In this document: positions 8,551-17,985 of the stretch, one piece after another | How positions within the stretch are numbered: the first letter of the stretch is position 1 | How the letters are laid out: each line of letters begins with the position of its first letter | Assembly (NCBI GenBank): GCA_034002865.1 | Contig: JAVEZR010000001.1 | Span: 53,247 to 117,246 of the forward strand | Source: Candidatus Dojkabacteria bacterium | Lineage (GTDB): Bacteria; Patescibacteriota; Dojkabacteria; SC72 | Reading direction: 5' to 3' | DNA: 64,000 nt | The notes under the pieces: generated by a model | The model's input: only the letters and a program-made list of their open reading frames with translations | Database searches by the model: none | Told to the model about the DNA's origin: nothing | Translations under genes and position numbers: made by a program

Positions 8551-10359
8551 ATGAAACCCATTATACAAGATAAAGTAAAAACTCTCTGGAAAGTAGTAAT
8601 CTTTTTCTATGGAAGATACCCTAAAGAGGTAGTACTAAGAGATCTCATATTCATAGCAGTAATAGTAGCAGAAATGAGTGGTATAACAATCGCTGGTAAA
8701 TTCTTAGATGCTACACTCTCCATAATTAGAGAATCTACTGGAGAGTTTAACATCCATCAATATCTTGCTACAGACTCCTTCTACTTTCTTACCCTCTCCC
8801 TTCTTCTTTTAATAATCGTCATCATTGGTAGAAATATTCGTGCATATATAGCTGCTAATATAGCGGACAAGGTATGGAAAGATACTAGTTTAGAGGTACT
8901 TGGTAAGATCTCTAACAGTAATTTGCAAGATATAGAGAAGCCTAAGATACAAAACTTAATAGACTTTATACCAAACTACTCGATAAACAACCTCCTAATG
9001 TCATATGAAGCATTCTCTGGAATTGTATATCAGGTAGCAAGAGGAGTTACAGCATTCTTAATTCTTTCCTCTCATCTTGGTTGGAGTGTTCTTTTCCTAG
9101 TACTTTTTGTTTTACCAGAGATTTTACTTTCCCATTTCAATAGAAAGAGGATGCAACTTTACGATGATAATCAAATGAGTAGGCTTAAACTAACAAGCTA
9201 TATATATTTTACATTAGGTATGGATATTCGTAACTTTATGGAGTTAAGAGTAGATAATACATATGATTTCTTAAGGAAACGATATAAGAAGGAAAGAGAA
9301 GAGTACCTTGGCGGACTGTTTGAAAGAAGAAAGCATTTTACGATAGATGCTACCTTGGGTGGTGTATCCGGACAGCTTTTTAAGTATGTATACATAGTAT
9401 ATCTTGTAGCTCATGTAGTTATTAATAAGATTACAATTGGTACATTTAGTGCACTCTTTAACTATGTTGATGTTGTATATACAAGTGCTCTTACTGCTTT
9501 AAATACACTCTCTTTACTTGATACAAATCTTTCATATGCTTCTAAATATTTTGAGTTTGTACATTACCAAGGCTTTGGAGATGAGAACCATGGATTTGCG
9601 AAATTAGGAAGAAAAACTCCCTCTTTAGCTTTCCATAATTTAGACTTCTCATACCCTGATGAACCAGAGAAGAAGGTACTAGAGAATATTAACCTAGAGA
9701 TTAATCCCGGAGAGAAGGTTGCATTCTTTGGTGGAGATGGTTCTGGTAAAAGTAGCTTGATAAAGGTGTTAACAGGTTTGTACGAAGTTACCTCTGGTGA
9801 TTACCAAATAGGGCAGTATTCAGTAAGGGAGTTAGCAAGAGGTGAATTAAAAAGAAAGGTCTCTGTGACATTCCAGAACTATGTTAACTACAACTTTAGT
9901 ATTAGAGAGAACATTACATTAACAAGTCAAAGAAAGAATATAGATATGGAACTGTATAGGAAGATTGTTAAGGTATGTGAAATAGCTGACTTTATGAAAA
10001 AAGAAAAGATTACAGACAATCTAATACTTGGTAAATATCTAGATGGTAAGGAGCTCTCCCCTGGATATTGGCAAAGATTAGCTATCGCAAGAATGTTGTA
10101 CAGAAACAGAGAGATCTTTGTAATGGATGAGCCTTTTACATTCATAGATGCTCCATCTAGAGAGCATATATTAAAGGGGATAATAGATCTTCTTGGACCT
10201 AAAAAGACCTTAATACTGATTACAAGAGATACAGATCTTTTAGATAAGTTTGATAGGATATATGTATTTGATAATGGTCATATTGTCGAAGCAGGGGATT
10301 GGAAGGAGTTAATAAAAAAGAAGGGGAAATTCTACAAAGAGGTTAAGTACAATCAGTAA
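8551..10359 (+). CDS. ABC exporter, fused permease/ATP-binding protein with degenerate NBD motifs
   Basis: N-terminal TMD; Walker A GGDGSGKS; signature LSPGYWQR; Walker B FVMDEP; H-loop replaced (ITRD). Confidence 0.88.
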   Translation: MKPIIQDKVKTLWKVVIFFYGRYPKEVVLRDLIFIAVIVAEMSGITIAGKFLDATLSIIRESTGEFNIHQYLATDSFYFLTLSLLLLIIVIIGRNIRAYIAANIADKVWKDTSLEVLGKISNSNLQDIEKPKIQNLIDFIPNYSINNLLMSYEAFSGIVYQVARGVTAFLILSSHLGWSVLFLVLFVLPEILLSHFNRKRMQLYDDNQMSRLKLTSYIYFTLGMDIRNFMELRVDNTYDFLRKRYKKEREEYLGGLFERRKHFTIDATLGGVSGQLFKYVYIVYLVAHVVINKITIGTFSALFNYVDVVYTSALTALNTLSLLDTNLSYASKYFEFVHYQGFGDENHGFAKLGRKTPSLAFHNLDFSYPDEPEKKVLENINLEINPGEKVAFFGGDGSGKSSLIKVLTGLYEVTSGDYQIGQYSVRELARGELKRKVSVTFQNYVNYNFSIRENITLTSQRKNIDMELYRKIVKVCEIADFMKKEKITDNLILGKYLDGKELSPGYWQRLAIARMLYRNREIFVMDEPFTFIDAPSREHILKGIIDLLGPKKTLILITRDTDLLDKFDRIYVFDNGHIVEAGDWKELIKKKGKFYKEVKYNQ

Positions 10360-10440
10360 TCTTTATGCTTTTAGAGATACAATTGTGAGTTCGATATTTT
10401 TACCGTATATTATTCTTAATTAAAATCTTTCATATGAATT

Positions 10441-12255
10441 ATGAAAAAACTCTCTGTATGGTTTAAGGAATTACCCAAATGGGCAAAGATAGTATTTTTC
10501 CCTGCTCTAATCTTAGGCTCTTTAATTCTCTTTCTTTCTATTACATTAATTGTATCTTTATATCTTGATTCTTCTTCTAGATCTCAGAGTAGTACTACAC
10601 AGATAGATTTAGAGAGAAGTGATATAGGGGAAGAGCCTGAGGAAGAGGTTGAAAAAGAGTTTGTTCCTAGCTTAGTTGATTTAGAAATTGATTTACTAGG
10701 AGTACCTTTGAAGATAAATAACAAGTTTGATATCACTGATGTATATCAAGATGAATATATTAAGGACCCTATAGATTTAGATGAATCATTTATAGTTGGG
10801 TACAAGACAGGTAGTATAAAGAAAGGTCGTTTTATGGAGAGTGAACAATTAGCTTACAATTTGAGTGGCTATGATATCTATGTCTTATCTACACTCGAAG
10901 AACATGATTATGTTTACACTGTTAGAATAGCTTACTTAGATGATAACTCCCCAATATTTCTCCTTTCACAAGATCAGAGAGAGCCCGGTGATTTACTTGA
11001 GATCTCTTTAAAGCCTAATGTTATTAATATCTCTTCATACAAGATTACAGATCAGAGCCTGTTTGGGTTGGATATCTTCAAAGGCATGAAATATAACTCA
11101 AAGAAGGTAAGTGACAATGGTAATACTTTTACACTTGGAGCACCGATATTTAAACCGTTGGTAGAAGAATTAAGTAAGTTAGAAGAAATAGATAGCTTTG
11201 GAGAGGTAAAGATTTATAACTACAAAGTAGATATTGAAGGATACTCTGTTGTTGAATCTCCAGAGGGATTCTTACAGAAAGTAGTATATGTTCCTTCCAT
11301 TGTCGAATATGTCAGTAGTGATCCCAAAGTGGAAATAGTGTTGGATAAAACAGGAGAGAAAACAGAACATTTTTACGATTATATATCTGTAGGAGGTTGT
11401 TCAGAAAATGACCTAGAGGTAGCTAATGTAAAGGACACGGAATTAAGAAGTATTGGAAAAGCAAAGGATGGGAATCCAATTTATGTAAAAATTAACAGAA
11501 ATGATAGCTATCTTAAGAAACTTTATAACGAAGACTACCTATCTCCGGGGTCAGAAATGAATAAATATAATTATATTACAGAGGATGATATCACACCTTT
11601 CACATATGAGCAGTTTGTAGACGCGTATCCAATATTATATTGGAAAGATCCTTTTGGTAGATATATTATGTTTGCTAGGAGAGATTTTGTTATTACTGGT
11701 GGTTGTGCAAAGCCTGCAATATATCTCTACCCTGAAGAGAAAACAAGTTTAAATGTAAAGGTTATACCTAATGGATTACTGACATTTACATCTCCTAAGT
11801 ATGAAGTAGGGGGATGGAATATCAACGTAGGTACAGATGGCACCATTAATTATAAAGGGGGGAAGTATGAGTATCTGTGGTGGGATTCTATATCTAACGG
11901 ATACTATACTCCAAGTAATGGTTGGGTTATAGAAAGGGGAAACTTTGAGACTTTCATAACTGAGAAACTACAGGAGATGGGATTGAATGAAAAAGAGATT
12001 AGTGACTTTAATGAGTTTTGGGTCCCCCTTATTAGTAAGGAGAATACTCAATACCTATATATCACATTCCTCTTTAATTCAGAGGTTAATCAGATAGCCA
12101 AATTAGAATTCAGTATACAGCCTGATAATATATTTAGAGTATTCATGCTCTACGAATCTATGGATAAATATAAAGAGGTAAGGCCATTGAAGATAGAGAA
12201 AGTAAGCAGAACAGGCTTTACTGTAGTTGAATGGGGTGGTGCTAAAGAGAGGTAA
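10441..12255 (+). CDS. Membrane-anchored extracellular protein with a conserved C-terminal domain of unknown function
   Basis: N-terminal TM; C-terminal 'GGCAKPAIYLYP…YEYLWW…F..FW.P…RVFM…VVEWGG' domain. Confidence 0.7.
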   Translation: MKKLSVWFKELPKWAKIVFFPALILGSLILFLSITLIVSLYLDSSSRSQSSTTQIDLERSDIGEEPEEEVEKEFVPSLVDLEIDLLGVPLKINNKFDITDVYQDEYIKDPIDLDESFIVGYKTGSIKKGRFMESEQLAYNLSGYDIYVLSTLEEHDYVYTVRIAYLDDNSPIFLLSQDQREPGDLLEISLKPNVINISSYKITDQSLFGLDIFKGMKYNSKKVSDNGNTFTLGAPIFKPLVEELSKLEEIDSFGEVKIYNYKVDIEGYSVVESPEGFLQKVVYVPSIVEYVSSDPKVEIVLDKTGEKTEHFYDYISVGGCSENDLEVANVKDTELRSIGKAKDGNPIYVKINRNDSYLKKLYNEDYLSPGSEMNKYNYITEDDITPFTYEQFVDAYPILYWKDPFGRYIMFARRDFVITGGCAKPAIYLYPEEKTSLNVKVIPNGLLTFTSPKYEVGGWNINVGTDGTINYKGGKYEYLWWDSISNGYYTPSNGWVIERGNFETFITEKLQEMGLNEKEISDFNEFWVPLISKENTQYLYITFLFNSEVNQIAKLEFSIQPDNIFRVFMLYESMDKYKEVRPLKIEKVSRTGFTVVEWGGAKER

Positions 12256-12334
12256 TAAACCATCTAAAATCTTTAGCAAATACTCAAAATATCCTGTAAA
12301 ATATCCAAGGGATAATATTTGTTAGGATAAAAAT

Positions 12335-13192
12335 ATGATTCTACTAGATGGTAGTACACTCTCCGATAAGAAGTTAAACAGATTAAGGGATCAAATAAAA
12401 GAGTATATAGATATAGGCTCTAGGACTCCTAGATTAGATATAATTCTTGTAGGTGAAGATTTCGGTAGTAAGAAGTATGTGGGAATGAAACAGAGCAGAG
12501 CAATGGGTTTAGGTATTAAATGTGTTGTTCATGAGTTTGAGTCAACTGTAAAAGAGAAAGAGATAGTAGAGTTAATAGAGAAGTTAAATAGAGATGAGAG
12601 AGTAGATGGCTTAATGGTTCAACTGCCACTACCAAAGGGAATAGACAGTGACATTGTATTAGAAACAATAGATCCTAAGAAGGATGTAGATGGTCTTACA
12701 TCTTCTAACTTAGGTAAACTTTTTAAAAATGACTCCAAAGCAATTGCTCCTGCAACAGCGAAAGGGATATTAGACATACTTAAGGAGTATGAAATAGAGA
12801 TAGATGGTGCAGAAGTAGTAGTAATTGGAAGAAGTGATATTGTAGGCTTACCAACAGCTGCAATATTACAAAATGCTAATGCTACTGTTACTGTATGTCA
12901 TTCTCATACAAAAAATCTCAAAAGTATATGTAAAAGAGCAGATATCTTAGTAGTTGGTATTGGTAAAGCAGAGTATATAGATAAAGGGTATGTAAAAGAT
13001 GGTGCAACTGTGATAGATATAGGTACTAATCGCAATCAAGAGGGGAAACTAGTAGGTGATGTTAAAATGGGTAGTGTAAAGAAGGTTGCAAAATATATTA
13101 CTCCTGTACCAGGTGGTATAGGTCCAATGACTGTAGTATCTCTCCTTGATAATTTGTTTGAGGTATATAAAAAGAATGTTAAGAAATTCTAA
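12335..13192 (+). CDS. folD: Bifunctional methylenetetrahydrofolate dehydrogenase/cyclohydrolase
   Basis: YVGMK, VQLPLP, KDVDG, GRSDIVG, ITPVPGGIGPMT. Confidence 0.97.
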   Translation: MILLDGSTLSDKKLNRLRDQIKEYIDIGSRTPRLDIILVGEDFGSKKYVGMKQSRAMGLGIKCVVHEFESTVKEKEIVELIEKLNRDERVDGLMVQLPLPKGIDSDIVLETIDPKKDVDGLTSSNLGKLFKNDSKAIAPATAKGILDILKEYEIEIDGAEVVVIGRSDIVGLPTAAILQNANATVTVCHSHTKNLKSICKRADILVVGIGKAEYIDKGYVKDGATVIDIGTNRNQEGKLVGDVKMGSVKKVAKYITPVPGGIGPMTVVSLLDNLFEVYKKNVKKF

Positions 13193-14411
13193 GGATACTA
13201 TTTTCAAATATATAGATGGTGAAGCTAGAAGACAGATAGAGGGTATTGAATTAATAGCTTCTGAAAACTATGTTAGCAAAGACGTACTTACTGCGATGGG
13301 CAGTATACTTACTAATAAATACTCAGAGGGATATCCAGATAAAAGATACTATGGTGGTAATGAATATATAGATAAAATAGAGAAGGAGTGTATAGCTAGA
13401 GCAAAGGATCTGTTTAAAGCAGAGCATGTTAATGTACAGCCTTACTCTGGTTCACCTGCTAACTTAGCTGTTCATTTAGCATTTTTAAATCCAGGAGATA
13501 AGACAATGGGTATGGATCTCTCTGCTGGTGGTCATCTTACACACGGCTTTAAAGTCTCAATTAGTGGTAAATATTTTGACTCAGTAAGTTACGGTGTAAA
13601 TAGTGATGGATATATTGATTACGATGAAGTAAGGAAGATAGCATTAGAACATAGGCCTAAGTTAATATGGAGTGGTTTCTCTGCATACTCTCGTATAATT
13701 GATTGGAGTGAGTTTAGGAAGATTGCAGATGAAATTGACGCTATTCTTGTTGCTGATATTGCTCATGTTGCTGGATTGGTTGCAGGTGGTGTATATCCCT
13801 CTCCTGTAGGTATAGCTGATGTGGTTACTACAACCACTCATAAGACGCTCAGAGGGCCTAGAGGAGCAATGATTATGTGTAAAGAGGAGTATGGAGAGGT
13901 AATAGATAAAGCAGTATTCCCTGGCCTTCAGGGAGGTCCACACAATCATACTACAGCAGCAATAGCTATATCTTTACAAGAGGCTAATACGGATGAATTT
14001 AAGCAGTATTCAAAGCAAACAGTGGATAATGCAAAAACTCTTGCTAATGATTTAATAAAGAGAGGATTTAAGATTGTATCTAATGGAACAGATAACCACC
14101 TTTTTCTCATTGATACAGTAGGTAGTGTGGGTTTAAGTGGTAAAGAAGCCTCTGATATCTTAGAAGAGGTAAATATTACTGTAAACAAGAATAGTATACC
14201 TAATGATACACGTAAACCTTGGGATCCATCAGGTATACGTATTGGTACACCAGCTATTACTACAAGAGGTATGAATGAGAAAGATATGCTCTTTATCTCT
14301 GAAGTAATAGATAGCGCTATTAATAAAAAAGAAGATTTAAAGATATTAAAATCGAAGGTAATAAATTTTACAAAGAGATTTCCAATCCCTGGAATAGAAA
14401 TAAATTCATAA
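13176..14411 (+). CDS. glyA: Serine hydroxymethyltransferase
   Basis: LIASENY, NKYSEGYP, GGHLTHG, TTTHKTLRGPRG. Start moved to the ATG at 13176, overlapping the folD end. Confidence 0.98.
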   Translation: MLRNSKDTIFKYIDGEARRQIEGIELIASENYVSKDVLTAMGSILTNKYSEGYPDKRYYGGNEYIDKIEKECIARAKDLFKAEHVNVQPYSGSPANLAVHLAFLNPGDKTMGMDLSAGGHLTHGFKVSISGKYFDSVSYGVNSDGYIDYDEVRKIALEHRPKLIWSGFSAYSRIIDWSEFRKIADEIDAILVADIAHVAGLVAGGVYPSPVGIADVVTTTTHKTLRGPRGAMIMCKEEYGEVIDKAVFPGLQGGPHNHTTAAIAISLQEANTDEFKQYSKQTVDNAKTLANDLIKRGFKIVSNGTDNHLFLIDTVGSVGLSGKEASDILEEVNITVNKNSIPNDTRKPWDPSGIRIGTPAITTRGMNEKDMLFISEVIDSAINKKEDLKILKSKVINFTKRFPIPGIEINS

Positions 14412-14421
14412 TCTTAAACAC

Positions 14422-16017
14422 ATGAAGGGAACCTTTAGAAAAGATTTACAGATAGCTACTGTAAAATCTCAATCTGTATGGAACAAATTTAAAGTACATA
14501 CTCTTTTACAAAACCCTTCTCAAAAACAACCCTCTATTAATGCATATCTTGGTGCAAGATATAGTAGATCTTCTGACTCTATCCTTGATATTGCCAAGGA
14601 GATTATAAACTCAAATACAGATGCTGCAGACAGATTAGAAAAAATCTTTCATGGGTATGGCCATAAGTCTGTAGGAGATATGGCAGATCTTTTTGTATGT
14701 ATAGAGAATATCCCTATGTTTACTGCAATGAAGATCTTCTACCTTAACTCTGTTATCTCTGGTCAAGAGAGATCTACTAGATATCAGAACTTTGAGAGTC
14801 CAGAATTTATTAAAATACCAAAAGAGCTATGTAAAGATAGTGAGATTAGGAAAGAGTACGACCGTATTATGCTTAAACAGATGTCTGATTACAGAAAACT
14901 ACTTAAGAAGACACGTATATTACTTAAAGAACAGTTTAAAATTAATAAAGAGAATCCTGCAGAGGTATCAGCATGGAAATCTAGATCATTTGATGTAGCA
15001 AGATACTTACTACCGTATGGATTACGAACTAGTTTAGCAGCAGTAATGTCTGCTAGGAATTGGTCTGAATTAATATCTTACTTTAATGCTAATGATAGTG
15101 TGGTAGATAATGAAGTTGCTAACTTACTAATGAACTTACTTGGGGAATCAGATTTAGAGATACGAGGATATATACGAGAGGCAGATGGTTTGATTAAGCA
15201 TACAGATGCAAACTGTTGTAGAAGGAATTCAACTAAGGAAGTTTTACAGTACCTAGAACCTATAATCTCTAAACAGAAAGAATTGAAAGATCTAGGTTGT
15301 GAACAGGATACATGCACTATCTCTTACAATGTAGACCCTGTAGAGGACTTAATTACTCACTATGAACTTCTTTTAAATCCTCTAGGTAGTAAGAAGGAGT
15401 TAGAGTTTGATGAGAAAGACTCAATTTCAATTGGAGAGAAGATATTTGATAACCATAACCATCATAACTTAATGGGAAATATTGGTCAGTCAGGGGCTAT
15501 AAAGATAGAGGGTATGGCTACATTAGGAACATTAAAGGATTTAAATAGGCATAGGAGTTTAGAGAGATATATACCTCTCTTTCATGATCATTTAAATATT
15601 GATAATGAATTAAAGAGGGATGAGAAAGATTGTTTCTCCCTCTGCAACTATCTTGATATAAAAGAGTTGGGGAAATTAAAGGATGAATATGAACAGTGTT
15701 TAGTAGAAACATATAAAATGATAAAGAATTGGAGAAGTGTCTCTAAGCAGTTTATGTCAGAGGAGGTCTCTACTGAATATACAAAATATCTCTTACCTCA
15801 TGCTCACTTCACTAAATACAGTTTCTATGGCTCTATAGATGATTTACAGTATACAATCAATCTTAGGGTTAGAAGAGGTGGACATATTGCATATAGAGTT
15901 TTAGTGTATAAATGGCTAGAATTATTAAATGAGAAAGATTCAATCTGGAAATCATTACTTAAAAGTATTCAGAAACCTGATTATAAATCTAAAGAGCAGT
16001 TTGTAGATAGAAGTTAA
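14422..16017 (+). CDS. thyX: FAD-dependent thymidylate synthase, long tandem-domain type
   Basis: GYGHKSV, GQERSTRY, ARYLLP in domain 1; DLNRHRS, KYLLPHA, LRVRRGGH in domain 2; folD/glyA/dcd context. Confidence 0.88.
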   Translation: MKGTFRKDLQIATVKSQSVWNKFKVHTLLQNPSQKQPSINAYLGARYSRSSDSILDIAKEIINSNTDAADRLEKIFHGYGHKSVGDMADLFVCIENIPMFTAMKIFYLNSVISGQERSTRYQNFESPEFIKIPKELCKDSEIRKEYDRIMLKQMSDYRKLLKKTRILLKEQFKINKENPAEVSAWKSRSFDVARYLLPYGLRTSLAAVMSARNWSELISYFNANDSVVDNEVANLLMNLLGESDLEIRGYIREADGLIKHTDANCCRRNSTKEVLQYLEPIISKQKELKDLGCEQDTCTISYNVDPVEDLITHYELLLNPLGSKKELEFDEKDSISIGEKIFDNHNHHNLMGNIGQSGAIKIEGMATLGTLKDLNRHRSLERYIPLFHDHLNIDNELKRDEKDCFSLCNYLDIKELGKLKDEYEQCLVETYKMIKNWRSVSKQFMSEEVSTEYTKYLLPHAHFTKYSFYGSIDDLQYTINLRVRRGGHIAYRVLVYKWLELLNEKDSIWKSLLKSIQKPDYKSKEQFVDRS

Positions 16018-16035
16018 TATGTATAGAATATAGAT

Positions 16036-16596
16036 ATGATACTGTCGGATAGAAGTATAAAAGAAAAAATACGTACTGGAGAGATTAGTATAGAGCCTTT
16101 CTCACATGAATTCATACAACCTGCTTCATATGATTTACATTTAGATAAAAATATATTGGTTTTTAATACTAAAAAGTATGACATTATCGATGTAAAAAAA
16201 CCTCTAGATGACTTAATGTTAAAGGTAGAGATTGATGATATAGAGGGGTATACTCTTAAACCTACTGAATTTATCTTAGCTAATGTAGTAGAGATAACTG
16301 GGGTAGATAGTAAGCACGTTGGTAGGTTAGAGGGTAAGAGTTCATTAGCAAGAATGGGTTTAATCATTCATGCTACTGCAGGATTTTTAGATCCGGGTAA
16401 TAAGCTTAGACTTACTCTTGAGATAGCGAATCTTTCTCCATTACCAATTAGAATATATGAGGGTATGAAGATAGCACAGTTAGCTTTTGAACAGCTAGAT
16501 AAGGATTGTGAAAGACCTTACGGTAGTTCTGGCTTAAATAGTAAGTACAAGGGTGATATGACTGTACAGGCAAGTAGGATGTGGAAGAATTTTTAA
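16036..16596 (+). CDS. dcd: dCTP deaminase (probably the dUMP-forming bifunctional type)
   Basis: MILSD, QPASYDL, EGKSSLARMGL, AGFLDPG, TLEIAN, SKY. Confidence 0.95.
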   Translation: MILSDRSIKEKIRTGEISIEPFSHEFIQPASYDLHLDKNILVFNTKKYDIIDVKKPLDDLMLKVEIDDIEGYTLKPTEFILANVVEITGVDSKHVGRLEGKSSLARMGLIIHATAGFLDPGNKLRLTLEIANLSPLPIRIYEGMKIAQLAFEQLDKDCERPYGSSGLNSKYKGDMTVQASRMWKNF

Positions 16597-16614
16597 TTTA
16601 ATTTTCCATAAGTA

Positions 16615-17904
16615 ATGTTTAAAGATATCAGAAAAGAGTTTCCAATATTAAAAGATTCTCTTTTTGGTAAAAAGTTTGTGTATTTAGATAGTGCTGCATC
16701 TACACAGAAACCTGAGTATGTAATCGAACGTCTTAAGAAATACTATGTAGAGGAGAATGCAAATATTCATAGAGGCCCATATGATCTTTCTGTGAATGGT
16801 ACAAAGCTTTGGGAGTGGGCTCATGAGAAGGTAGCCTCCTTTATCAATGCTAAGTCATATAAAGAGATAATCTTTGTTAGAAATACTACAGAGGGTTTAA
16901 ATTTCTTAGTAAATACATTCGGTAGAGAGCTACTGTCAAAGGGGGATACTGTAGTTGTGAGTGAGATGGAGCATCACAGTAATATTGTTTCTTGGATGTT
17001 ATTACAAAAGCAGATTGATTTTAAAATAGAGTATATTCCTTTAAAGGAGGATTTTACTTTAGATTTAGATTGGTTAAGAGAGTTGATAAAGAGAGAGGGT
17101 AGTAGGATAAAGATAGTTTCTGTTGTACATATATCTAATGTATTAGGTGTAAAGAATGATGTAGAGGAGATATTTAAGATTGCTAAAGAGAATAGCTCTT
17201 TTACAATCCTTGATGCTGCTCAAAGCATTGTTCATACCAAGGTTGATGTTCAAAAGATTGGTTGTGATGCTTTGGTGTTCTCTGGACATAAGGCGTATGC
17301 TCCTACAGGTACGGGAGCGATATATTGTAAGCAGGAATACTTAGAGAAACTTACACCATGGATGGGTGGTGGAGAGATGATATCTTCTGTGTCTTTTAAA
17401 GATTTTGAATACAATGAACTACCGTGGAAGTTTGAGGCTGGTACTCCAGATATAGGGGGAGGTATTGTACTTGGTAGTGCAATAGAGTGGTTTGAGAATA
17501 CATTAGAGAGGATAGGGGGTTGGGATGGTTTAATAGAGCATGAGCAGGGATTAATAAAGTTTTTCTTTAATGAGTTTGATGGTATTGAGTGGTTTAAACA
17601 TTTTGGGCCAAAGGATAGCTCTCTGAAGTATGGTGCTATCGCATTTCATCTTGATGGTTTTACATTTAGAGGCTGTAAGGATATTTTTAGGATAGAAACA
17701 AATAGGGAGGGAAACAGTATTAGTGAGTTTCTTAACGAGAGTGGAATAGCCTTCAGAGAGGGTTATCACTGTGCAGAGCCTTTGCATGATAAGTTGTGTG
17801 TAGGTCCTTCATTAAGATTTAGTTTAGGTATATATAATAACCAAGATGATCTTAAATATGCTGCTAATATGCTTAAACAGGCGGTTTTGAGAGGAATGGA
17901 GTAA
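16615..17904 (+). CDS. sufS: SufS-type cysteine desulfurase
   Basis: YLDSAASTQKP, NIHRG, EHHSN, DAAQ, SGHK (PLP Lys), FEAGTP, REGYHCAEPL. Confidence 0.9.
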   Translation: MFKDIRKEFPILKDSLFGKKFVYLDSAASTQKPEYVIERLKKYYVEENANIHRGPYDLSVNGTKLWEWAHEKVASFINAKSYKEIIFVRNTTEGLNFLVNTFGRELLSKGDTVVVSEMEHHSNIVSWMLLQKQIDFKIEYIPLKEDFTLDLDWLRELIKREGSRIKIVSVVHISNVLGVKNDVEEIFKIAKENSSFTILDAAQSIVHTKVDVQKIGCDALVFSGHKAYAPTGTGAIYCKQEYLEKLTPWMGGGEMISSVSFKDFEYNELPWKFEAGTPDIGGGIVLGSAIEWFENTLERIGGWDGLIEHEQGLIKFFFNEFDGIEWFKHFGPKDSSLKYGAIAFHLDGFTFRGCKDIFRIETNREGNSISEFLNESGIAFREGYHCAEPLHDKLCVGPSLRFSLGIYNNQDDLKYAANMLKQAVLRGME

Positions 17905-17985
17905 GCCTGTCTTCTAGTTATACTCTTAGATTAAAGCTTTTAGTCAAATTCCCATGGTTATAGGTCGAGCAAGCCAGGCTTTAAT

